Assembly: GCF_000734015.1 (NCBI RefSeq)
Contig: NZ_CP008796.1
Coordinates: 1,680,001 to 1,712,000 of the forward strand
DNA length: 32,000 nucleotides
Direction of reading: 5' to 3'
Source: Thermodesulfobacterium commune DSM 2178
Lineage (GTDB): Bacteria; Desulfobacterota; Thermodesulfobacteria; Thermodesulfobacteriales; Thermodesulfobacteriaceae
The first letter of the stretch is position 1; every line of letters begins with the position of its first letter. The position numbers and the translations under genes were made by a program. Shown here piece after piece: positions 9,149 to 16,815 of the stretch. The notes under the pieces are model-generated. The model saw nothing but the letters and a program-made list of their open reading frames with translations, searched no databases and was not told the origin of the DNA.

Positions 9149-9717
9149 TAATCTGCGTTAAGGGCTCGGTTTTTAAAAGCTACCAAGGAAACTTTACAGG
9201 CTTTACAAAGGGCTTCATCTACCTTAGAATCTCCTACATATAAAGTTTCCTTAGGAGAAGTTTTAAAATGTTCTAAAATCTGGAGAAGGGCTCGAGGGTT
9301 GCTTTTGGGAACGATGCTTGCATCCATAACATAATCAAAATAATCGGTAAGGTTGAAGTGAGATAACAAAGGATAGGTGGAAGTAGTACGGTTGGTGCAT
9401 AAAGCAATGTATAAATAATTTTTGGCCCAACTTAAAAATTCCTTTACTCCTTTTTCCATAACTAAATAGTCAAAAAAAAGGGAATAAGAAACCTCTTTTT
9501 GGATATTTTTAGCTAAATCAAGTTTGTCTGGCATGTTTCTGAAAAGATAGGCTAAACATTCGTTGACTGAATGCATATGGATAAATTCTATCTCTTCAGG
9601 ACTCATAGGAGGTCTTCCGACCCTTTCAAGGATATAGTTATAGAAATAAGTATTGGCCTGTTTTGAATCAAAAAGCACTCCATCACAATCTAAAACCAAA
9701 AGTTTGATTTTATTCAT
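9079..9717 (-). CDS. HAD-superfamily phosphatase (phosphoglycolate phosphatase-like)
   Basis: Motif I is LVLDCDGVLFDS, motif II is ALCTNR, and motifs III/IV are K...YVGDSKVD. The 3' end overlaps the helicase 3' end by 70 nt. Confidence 0.8.
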   Translation of the reverse strand: MNKIKLLVLDCDGVLFDSKQANTYFYNYILERVGRPPMSPEEIEFIHMHSVNECLAYLFRNMPDKLDLAKNIQKEVSYSLFFDYLVMEKGVKEFLSWAKNYLYIALCTNRTTSTYPLLSHFNLTDYFDYVMDASIVPKSNPRALLQILEHFKTSPKETLYVGDSKVDEALCKACKVSLVAFKNRALNADYYVESFDELKELLLSKFSLSKRS

Positions 9718-9723
9718 AACCCT

Positions 9724-10740
9724 TTACTTTTTTCTGTTAGTTAGATAATCTGTAATGAAAAGGAGCATTTGTTTGTAAATATTTTCTGGTAATCCATTTA
9801 GGGTATCTTTAGCTTTATTTATATAGGATAAAGCTTTTTCTTGGGCAAGCTTAAATCCTTGATTTTTCTCTATAAGGTTTTTAGCTTCTTCGAAAAATTC
9901 CTCCTTAGGCTCAGGGAGATTTAACAACTCTAAAAGCCTTTTCTGATCCGCCTCTGAGGCTTGCTTTAAAGCATAGATTACCGGTAAGGTGATTTTTCCT
10001 TCCTTAAAATCTCTTCCCAAGTCTTTTCCTGTTTCAGTGCTTAAGTAGTCTAAAAGGTCATCTATGATTTGGAAAGATAAACCTAAATACTTCCCAAAAA
10101 TTTTTAGTTTTTCTCGTTCCTTGTTAGAAGCTCCTCCTAAGATCGCTCCTACTTCACAACAAGCAGAGATAAGAGCTGCAGTTTTTCTGAAAATAATTTC
10201 TTCATAAAATTCTTCCGAAAGGTTTGTTTGATAAAGATTTAAGAGCTGAAGGACCTCTCCTTCACTCATGATAAGGGTGGTTTCAGTAATAATTTCCATA
10301 ATCTCAGGGTTTCTTAATTCACTGGCAAGTTTTAAAGCCTTAGCATAAAGGTAATCACCTACTAAAATGGTAGCTTGATTGCCCCAAAGATTTCTTGCAG
10401 CCTTTCTTCCCCTTCTAAACTCTGCTGAATCTACTACGTCATCGTGAAGAAGGGTTGCTGCATGTAAATATTCAAAAAGAATAGAAGACCGATATAAAAC
10501 CTCAGAAACAGAAGGAGAGAAAAGTTTAGCACAGATTACGGTAAGAAGAGGTCTTATCCTTTTCCCACCTGCAAAGAGAATATACTCACTTACTTGATTG
10601 ATAAACGGTACTTGAGAACTAAGAAAATTCTTTAGAGCTTCTTCTATTAAAAGGAGTTCTTTTTTGATTTCTTCGACAATCATCTTACTTTTTACACTTT
10701 TTGTGGAATTATAAAGCATAAACCTCTTTTTGACAATCAT
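9724..10740 (-). CDS. Long-chain trans-polyprenyl diphosphate synthase (hexa-/hepta-/octaprenyl type)
   Basis: The first Asp-rich motif is LLHDDVVDSAEFRRGRKAA, with a small residue (Ala) at -5 as expected for long-chain products. The second motif is FQIIDDLLDY. The start is ambiguous: in-frame ATGs at 10740, 10719 and 10683, none with a strong SD. Confidence 0.85.
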   Translation of the reverse strand: MIVKKRFMLYNSTKSVKSKMIVEEIKKELLLIEEALKNFLSSQVPFINQVSEYILFAGGKRIRPLLTVICAKLFSPSVSEVLYRSSILFEYLHAATLLHDDVVDSAEFRRGRKAARNLWGNQATILVGDYLYAKALKLASELRNPEIMEIITETTLIMSEGEVLQLLNLYQTNLSEEFYEEIIFRKTAALISACCEVGAILGGASNKEREKLKIFGKYLGLSFQIIDDLLDYLSTETGKDLGRDFKEGKITLPVIYALKQASEADQKRLLELLNLPEPKEEFFEEAKNLIEKNQGFKLAQEKALSYINKAKDTLNGLPENIYKQMLLFITDYLTNRKK

Positions 10741-10857
10741 AATTTCTAAAACAAAAAAAAATGAAAGAAAATTTTTAAAAAATTAAAAAAAAAGATATTT
10801 AATAAAAATATTTGCTCATATTAAACTAAAAAACATGTTAAACGCCTTTTAATTCTA

Positions 10858-10886
10858 TTGACTTTAATCCTTAATTGTTTAATAAT
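10858..10886 (+). promoter_or_regulatory. Candidate sigma70-type promoter of sat
   Basis: TTGACT (10858-10863), a 17-nt spacer and AATAAT (10881-10886) lie about 70 nt upstream of the sat ATG, in an A-tract-rich divergent intergenic region. Confidence 0.4.
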
Positions 10887-10955
10887 TTGAAAATAATTAA
10901 ATAATGTAGGTTTAACTAATGTAGGTAAAATAATTCAACTGAAAGGAGGGTTACT

Positions 10956-12329
10956 ATGGAGCTTTATTTTAACAGGCCTATGCCTCATGGTGGACGGTTG
11001 GTAGAAAGAGTTCTTAAAGACAAAAAAGCAGCTAAGAAGATCGTCCAGGCTTGTGAAAAGGCAGGGGCTGTTTATGACATCAAGCCTACCTTGCACTACA
11101 AAAGAGGCACACCTGTCAGAAACGTTTATCGTGAGATTATGTCTGTCTGTTATGGATTTTTTAGCCCTGTAGAAGGTTCTATGACCTCTGCTGAGTTAGA
11201 GTCTGTTCTTTCAAAAAGAAGGTTGTTAAGTGGTTGGATTTTCCCTTATCCTATTCTTTTTGACATTTCCAAAGAAGATTATCAGAAACTTGGGGTTGAT
11301 GCTGGAGATAGATTGCTTCTCAGGCTTAAAGGTAAGCCTTTTGCAATCTTAGACATCGAAGAAATTTATGAAATCGACCCTGCTGAACTTGCAGACAGAA
11401 CTTTTGGTACTCCTGAAAAAAATCCTGAGGTAGTGAGAGAAAAGTTTGATGATAAACATCCTGGTTGGGTTATTTACAGAAGTCATCAGCCTATCATTTT
11501 GGCTGGAAAGTATACCATCATTAACGAGCCTATTTTTAAACCTCCTTTCGACAGATTTTGGATTCCTCCAAGAAAGTGTAGAGAGATTTTTGACGAAAGA
11601 GGTTGGAGAACTGTGATCGCTCACCAAACAAGAAACGTGCCTCATGTTGGACACGAGATGCTTATGAAGGCAGCTGCTTTTACCGGTGATGTGGAGCCTT
11701 GTCATGGTATTTTGGTAAATGCTATTATTGGTGTTAAAAGAAGAGGAGACTATCCTGATGAGGCTATCTTAGAAGCTCATGACATGGTGAATAAGGCAGG
11801 TTATATCAAGCCTAACAGGCATCTTGTTTCCTTTACCCTTTGGGATATGAGATATGGTAACCCCTTAGAAAGTTTGCTCCATGGTATCATCAGGCAAAAC
11901 ATGGGTTGTACTCACCATATGTTTGGTAGAGACCATGCAGCTGTAGGTGAATACTATGATACATTTGCTACCCAGATCCTATGGCTTAAGGGTATTCCTA
12001 GCTATGGTTTTGACAAGCCTCCTACAGAGGTTGAGGGTGGCTTGCAGATTAGGCCTCAAAACATGAGGGAATTCTGGTATTGTCCAAAATGTAAGGAAAT
12101 GGCTTACAGTGAAAGTTGTGGCCACGACAAAGAAAAACAAAAGCTAAGTGGTAGCTTGATAAGAGGTTTGGTTGCTGAGGGTGTTCAGCCTCCAGCCATT
12201 ATCATGAGGCCTGAGATATTTAAGACTATCGTTAAATGGTGGAAGAAGTTTGATTATCCTTTTGTTAACGAAAAATACGTACAATATAAAGAAGAGACTT
12301 TAGAAGTTGATGTTCCTGACCTTGATTAG
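10956..12329 (+). CDS. sat: Sulfate adenylyltransferase (dissimilatory ATP sulfurylase)
   Basis: The protein has HQTRNVPHVGHEMLM (QTRNP.H.GH-type motif) and GRDHAAVG (GRDHAG motif). An AGGAGGG RBS is present. The gene lies directly upstream of aprBA. A CPKC-x8-C-x-H motif sits near the C-terminus. Confidence 0.93.
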   Translation: MELYFNRPMPHGGRLVERVLKDKKAAKKIVQACEKAGAVYDIKPTLHYKRGTPVRNVYREIMSVCYGFFSPVEGSMTSAELESVLSKRRLLSGWIFPYPILFDISKEDYQKLGVDAGDRLLLRLKGKPFAILDIEEIYEIDPAELADRTFGTPEKNPEVVREKFDDKHPGWVIYRSHQPIILAGKYTIINEPIFKPPFDRFWIPPRKCREIFDERGWRTVIAHQTRNVPHVGHEMLMKAAAFTGDVEPCHGILVNAIIGVKRRGDYPDEAILEAHDMVNKAGYIKPNRHLVSFTLWDMRYGNPLESLLHGIIRQNMGCTHHMFGRDHAAVGEYYDTFATQILWLKGIPSYGFDKPPTEVEGGLQIRPQNMREFWYCPKCKEMAYSESCGHDKEKQKLSGSLIRGLVAEGVQPPAIIMRPEIFKTIVKWWKKFDYPFVNEKYVQYKEETLEVDVPDLD

Positions 12330-12361
12330 TTAAAACTTTTAAAAACATAGGGGGTGAAAAC

Positions 12362-12721
12362 ATGGAATACATTTTAGAAGTATTTTTAGATGATTACAGG
12401 TTGGCAAAACTTAAGGGCACTCCTGTAGAGGCCAATATAGAGAGTGTTTTTGGTGGAGAGCTGAAGGTTCTTAGAGTAAAGGTAGGTGAAGAGGTAAAAA
12501 ATGAGATCTTGAAAGCCTTTGAAACTGCACGAATCGACTCTCGTGCCTGTATAACCGATACTCCTGTAGCTTTCAAAAGAGCGCTTTTTGAAGAGATAGT
12601 TAATCAGAAGAGCTTAGGAGAAGAAGTGGTGAAGGCAGTTTTAGCTAACATCGGTAAGATTAAAGAGTTAGCTGCTAAAGAAGCCGAATACCTTCCTGCT
12701 CCTGAAATAGAAATTGAGTAA
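12362..12721 (+). CDS. Small acidic protein of unknown function co-transcribed with sat (119 aa)
   Basis: A GGGGGTG RBS lies 5 nt upstream of ATG 12362. The start is 32 nt after the sat stop, and a strong hairpin terminator follows. There is no TM segment, no Fe-S Cys pattern and no recognised motif. Confidence 0.65.
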   Translation: MEYILEVFLDDYRLAKLKGTPVEANIESVFGGELKVLRVKVGEEVKNEILKAFETARIDSRACITDTPVAFKRALFEEIVNQKSLGEEVVKAVLANIGKIKELAAKEAEYLPAPEIEIE

Positions 12722-12730
12722 ATAAGGTGT

Positions 12731-12767
12731 ATGGGGAAAGGTGGACATCCTTTCCCCATTGTTCTTT
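12731..12767 (+). terminator. Intrinsic terminator of the sat-orf119 unit
   Basis: A perfect 11-bp stem ATGGGGAAAGG/CCTTTCCCCAT (12731-12741 / 12749-12759) with a 7-nt loop is followed by TGTTCTTT. Confidence 0.6.
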
Positions 12768-12854
12768 AAAAAGATAGCAAAAGAAATAAAAAGATAAAAA
12801 AAGATTAATGAAGTTTTTAAGATATTTTTAAAAATTTTTGCTTATTTTCTAGAG

Positions 12855-12882
12855 TTGACTTTTTATTAAAGTTGTTTATAAA
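12855..12882 (+). promoter_or_regulatory. Candidate sigma70-type promoter of aprBA
   Basis: TTGACT (12855-12860), a 16-nt spacer and TATAAA (12877-12882). A second GTTTATAA copy at 12892 offers an alternative -10. A phased A-tract array lies upstream. Confidence 0.4.
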
Positions 12883-12925
12883 GATATAAAAGTTTATAAG
12901 AATAAAACCAAAAAGGAGGTTGGCT

Positions 12926-13417
12926 ATGCCAAGTTATGTGAACCCTGAAAAGTGTGACGGTTGCAAGGGTGGTGACAGGACAGTTTGTATGTACATTTGT
13001 CCTAATGACCTTATGATTCTTGACCCTGAGGCTATGAAGGCTTACAACCAGGAGCCTGATCAGTGCTGGGAGTGTTATAGCTGTGTAAAAAGCTGTCCTC
13101 AAGGTGCTATAGCTATCAGGCATTATGCCGATTTTGCTCCATTACACGGAACTTGCCAACCTATGCGTGGTACTACTGACATTATGTGGACCATCAAGTT
13201 TAGAAACGGTGTTGTATTAAGGTTTAAGTTCCCTATCAGAACCACACCTGAAGGTTCTGCTGATCCTACGGTTGGGAAACCTGCTCCTGATCCATCTAAA
13301 CTTAGTACCAACCAGCTTTTTACTCAGGCAGCTGATGGAATAGAACCTAAGAAGCCTGAAGCCGTTCTTAATAAGAAATTTGAAGTTGGTGCTCTTGGTA
13401 AGGTTGCAAAATACTAA
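12926..13417 (+). CDS. aprB: Adenylylsulfate (APS) reductase beta subunit
   Basis: MPSYVNPEKCDGCKG...CMYICPNDLM...CWECYSCVKSCPQGAI (two [4Fe-4S] motifs) and DIMWTIKFRNG..LRFKFPIRTTP match the AprB signature. The track ORF starts at TTG 12920, but ATG 12926 has GGAGG 6 nt upstream. Confidence 0.93.
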   Translation: MPSYVNPEKCDGCKGGDRTVCMYICPNDLMILDPEAMKAYNQEPDQCWECYSCVKSCPQGAIAIRHYADFAPLHGTCQPMRGTTDIMWTIKFRNGVVLRFKFPIRTTPEGSADPTVGKPAPDPSKLSTNQLFTQAADGIEPKKPEAVLNKKFEVGALGKVAKY

Positions 13418-13457
13418 AAAATTTAAAAAATTTTAAAAATAAAAGGAGGTGGCAACT

Positions 13458-15458
13458 ATGCCTAAGATTTGGTTTTATAACCCTGGTTTGGCTTGTGCAG
13501 AACCTGAAATAGTAGAAAAAGAGACAGATATTTTGATTGTTGGTGGTGGAATGGCTGCATGTGGTGCTGCTGTGGAGGCCGTTCAGTGGGCCAAGCCTCA
13601 TGGTTTAAGGATTCTTCTTTGCGATAAGGCTGCTATGGAAAGGTCTGGTGCTGTAGCTATGGGTCTTTCTGCTATCAACACCTATATAGGAGAAAACAAG
13701 CCTGATGATTATGTAAGAATGGTCCGTTGTGACTTGATGGGTATTGTACGTGAAGACTTAGTTTTTGATGTTGGTCGTCATGTAGATGATACTGTTCATT
13801 GTTTTGAAGAATGGGGTCTTCCTATCTGGAAAAAAGATCCTAACACTGGTAAAACGTTAGACGGAGCTGAAGCTAAGGCTAAGGGGTTAACACTAAAGAA
13901 TGGTGCTCAGCCTGTTCGTTCTGGCCGTTGGCAGATCATGATTAATGGAGAGTCTTATAAGGTTATCGTGGCTGAGGCTGCTAAAAATGCTCTTGCCAGC
14001 TATGATAAGGCTGAGATCATTGAAAGATGCTTTATCGTAAGACCTTTATTAGATGCTAATGATAAGGGTCGTTGTGCTGGTGCTGTAGGATTTTCTGTCA
14101 GAGAAAATAAAATCTATATCATTAAGGCTAAGGCTACTCTTCTTGCTACCGGTGGTGCGGTTAACATTTTCCGTCCAAGGTCTATAGATGAAGGTAAGGG
14201 CCGTGCTTGGTATCCTGTATGGAACCCTGGAACTGGTTATGCTATGTGTGCAATGAGTGGTGCTAAGCTTGTTCTTATGGAAAACAGGTTTATCCCTGCT
14301 CGTTTTAAAGATGGTTATGGTCCTGTTGGTGCTTGGTTCTTGCTCTTTAAAGCTAGGGCAACCAACGCCTTTGGTGAAGACTATGTAGCCAAACATAAAG
14401 ATGAACTCAAGAAGTTTGCTCCTTATGGAGAAGCTTCTCACATCGGTACCTGTTTGAGAAACCATGCAATGCTTATTGAAATGGAACAGGGTCGTGGTCC
14501 TATTTATATGCACACTGAATGGGCTCTTCAGGAAGCCGCTGAAAAGATGGACAAGAAAGAGTTTAAACATCTCATTGCTGAGGCTTGGGAAGACTTCTTA
14601 GATATGTGTGTAACTCAGGCTGGATTGTGGGCTTGTTTGAACATCGAGCCTGAAAAAGTACCTTCTGAAATTATGCCTACCGAGCCTTATCTCCTTGGTA
14701 GCCACGCTGGTTGCGCTGGTGCTTGGGTATGTGGTCCTAATGAAGATTGGGTACCTGAAGAATATAAGGCTCCTTGGAAAGAAATCGGTCTTTACAACAG
14801 GATGACTACTATAAAAGGTCTTTTCTGTGCTGGTGACACCGTTGGAGCTTCTGGACATAAATTTTCCTCTGGTTCTCATGTAGAGGGACGTATTGCAGCC
14901 AAGGCTATGGTCCAATACTGCCTCGACAATAAAGACTATACACCTACCATCAAGGAAACCGCTGAAGAGTTAAAGAAAGAAATCTATGGTCCTTGGTATA
15001 GGTTTGAAGAATTTAAGAATGCTTCTACCCACTATGAAATCAATCCCAACTATCTCATTCCTCGTCACATCCAGGCCAGGCTTATGAAGCTTATGGACGA
15101 ATATGTGGCTGGTGCCTCTACTTTCTACAAGACCAACAAGGTCATGCTCGAGAGAGGTCTTGACCTTCTCAGAATGCTTAAAGAAGACATGGAATATGCT
15201 GCAGCCAGAGACTTACATGAACTTATGAGAGCTTGGGAAAACAGGCACCGTGTATGGACTGCTGAGGCTCACCTCTTGCACATCCTTTTCCGTGAAGAGA
15301 CTCGTTATCCTGGTTACTTCTACAGAACTGACTTTCCTTCTCTTGATGATGCTAACTGGAGATGTTTCACCCTTTCCAGCTGGGATCCTGAAACTAAGGA
15401 ATGGACTTTAGAAACCTATCCTTACGTCCAGATCATTCCTGATCCACTTGGACCGTAA
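13458..15458 (+). CDS. aprA: Adenylylsulfate (APS) reductase alpha subunit (FAD)
   Basis: The N-terminus has the FAD fold ILIVGGGMAACGAA. The length (666 aa) and position after aprB fit AprA, and a conserved AprA-like C-terminus (ETRYPGYFYRTDFP) is present. The track ORF starts at GTG 13449; ATG 13458 with an upstream GGAGG is preferred. Confidence 0.93.
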   Translation: MPKIWFYNPGLACAEPEIVEKETDILIVGGGMAACGAAVEAVQWAKPHGLRILLCDKAAMERSGAVAMGLSAINTYIGENKPDDYVRMVRCDLMGIVREDLVFDVGRHVDDTVHCFEEWGLPIWKKDPNTGKTLDGAEAKAKGLTLKNGAQPVRSGRWQIMINGESYKVIVAEAAKNALASYDKAEIIERCFIVRPLLDANDKGRCAGAVGFSVRENKIYIIKAKATLLATGGAVNIFRPRSIDEGKGRAWYPVWNPGTGYAMCAMSGAKLVLMENRFIPARFKDGYGPVGAWFLLFKARATNAFGEDYVAKHKDELKKFAPYGEASHIGTCLRNHAMLIEMEQGRGPIYMHTEWALQEAAEKMDKKEFKHLIAEAWEDFLDMCVTQAGLWACLNIEPEKVPSEIMPTEPYLLGSHAGCAGAWVCGPNEDWVPEEYKAPWKEIGLYNRMTTIKGLFCAGDTVGASGHKFSSGSHVEGRIAAKAMVQYCLDNKDYTPTIKETAEELKKEIYGPWYRFEEFKNASTHYEINPNYLIPRHIQARLMKLMDEYVAGASTFYKTNKVMLERGLDLLRMLKEDMEYAAARDLHELMRAWENRHRVWTAEAHLLHILFREETRYPGYFYRTDFPSLDDANWRCFTLSSWDPETKEWTLETYPYVQIIPDPLGP

Positions 15459-15479
15459 AATAATTAAATAGTAGTAAGG

Positions 15480-15512
15480 GAGGGGGCTTAGTCCCCCTCT
15501 TTTTTATTTTTT
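15480..15512 (+). terminator. Intrinsic terminator after aprA
   Basis: The stem is GAGGGGG/CCCCCTC (15480-15486 / 15493-15499) with a 6-nt loop. It is followed directly by TTTTTTATTTTTT (15500-15512). Confidence 0.75.
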
Positions 15513-15554
15513 CAGAATAAAGCCCTTTAGGGAAAAGGGCTTTATTCTGAAAAA
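15508..15554 (+). other. Long perfect palindrome (RNA hairpin) in the aprA-qmoA spacer
   Basis: A 16-bp perfect stem CAGAATAAAGCCCTTT/AAAGGGCTTTATTCTG (15513-15528 / 15534-15549) has loop AGGGA. It extends to 21 bp by T5/A5 flanks. The T-tract lies 5' of the hairpin on both strands, so it is not a canonical terminator. Confidence 0.6.
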
Positions 15555-15573
15555 GTGTTTAGGGGGTTATAAT

Positions 15574-16812
15574 ATGAGTAAACCTATATTGGTGGTAGGT
15601 GGTGGTATAAGTGGAGTAACCGCTGTGGTAGAGGCAGCAGAGGTTGGAGCTGAAGTTATTTTAGTAGAAAAACAACCTACCTTAGGTGGAAGGGTAGCTC
15701 AACTTAGGTATTATTTTCCTAAGTTGTGTCCTCCTACTTGTGGTTTAGAGATTAACTATAGGAGGATTAAAAGTAATCCCAGGATTAAAGTATATACAAT
15801 GGCAGAGGTTCTAGAGGTAAGTGGGACACCTGGGAATTATAATGTTAAAATCAAAATATATCCAAGGTATGTGAATAATAACTGTACTGCCTGTGGAGAG
15901 TGTGAGAAGGTTTGTGAAGGAGAGAGGGTAAGTGACTTTGACTTTGGCCTTTCTAAAACAAAGGCCATCTATCTTCCTCATCCTGTAGCTTTTCCTATGA
16001 AATATGTATTAGATAAAGACGCTTTGGCCCCTGGGGATTTAGAAAGGATTATGGCAGCTTGTAAATATAATGCTATAGATCCAGAAATGAAAGAAGAGAT
16101 TTTAGAATTAAATGTAGGTGCTATAATCTGGGCTACCGGTTGGAAGCCTTATGATGCTACCAAGCTTGATAATTTAGGTTATGGGAAATATGCAAATGTA
16201 ATCACTAATATGCAAATGGAAAGAATGGCTTCTCCTTGGGGACCTACACAAGGAAAGATTGTAAGGCCTTCTGATAACCAACCACCTAAAAAGGTGGCTT
16301 TTGTTCAGTGTGCCGGTTCTCGTGATGAAAATCATTTGCCTTTCTGTTCTTACATCTGTTGTTTGGCATCATTAAAACATAGTCTTTATTTGGCAGAACA
16401 AGACCCTAAGGCAGAATCTTATATCTTTTATATAGACCTTAGAACCCCTGGTAGATATGAGAAATTTCTAAAGAAAGCTGAAGCTGAGGCTAAGATTAAT
16501 TTTATAAAGGGTAAGGTAGCTAAAATAGAGGAGGATCCTGAAACTAAAGATTTGATAGTTACTGCTGAGGATACCCTTTCTGGTAAAAAGGTTAGTCAAA
16601 AGGTTGATTTGGTGGTATTAGCTTTAGGAATGCAACCGAGTTTAGCTTCTGCGGAAATTAAGGGTATAAAGATCGATCAAAATGGATTTGTGGTTGAGGA
16701 TGAAGGAATTATAAGTTGTGGTTGTGCAAAGATGCCTTTAGATGTCATGACTTCTAATGAGACTGCTACTGGTGCAGCTTTAAAAGCTATTCAAATTATA
16801 AAAAGGGGGTAA
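15574..16812 (+). CDS. qmoA: Quinone-interacting membrane-bound oxidoreductase subunit A (HdrA-like flavoprotein)
   Basis: The protein has ILVVGGGISGVTAVVEAAEVGAEVILVEK (FAD) and the HdrA-like motif VQCAGSRDENHLPFCSYICC. It is the first of three genes directly after aprBA. Confidence 0.88.
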   Translation: MSKPILVVGGGISGVTAVVEAAEVGAEVILVEKQPTLGGRVAQLRYYFPKLCPPTCGLEINYRRIKSNPRIKVYTMAEVLEVSGTPGNYNVKIKIYPRYVNNNCTACGECEKVCEGERVSDFDFGLSKTKAIYLPHPVAFPMKYVLDKDALAPGDLERIMAACKYNAIDPEMKEEILELNVGAIIWATGWKPYDATKLDNLGYGKYANVITNMQMERMASPWGPTQGKIVRPSDNQPPKKVAFVQCAGSRDENHLPFCSYICCLASLKHSLYLAEQDPKAESYIFYIDLRTPGRYEKFLKKAEAEAKINFIKGKVAKIEEDPETKDLIVTAEDTLSGKKVSQKVDLVVLALGMQPSLASAEIKGIKIDQNGFVVEDEGIISCGCAKMPLDVMTSNETATGAALKAIQIIKRG

Positions 16813-16815
16813 AAA

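Noticed and set aside
10741-10857. Very long A-runs (for example 10753-10761 and 10785-10793) considered as a slippage tract or degenerate repeat element
   Set aside because: This is a low-complexity AT-rich divergent promoter spacer with no repeat-unit structure or terminal inverted repeats. The A-tract phasing is noted under the promoter findings.
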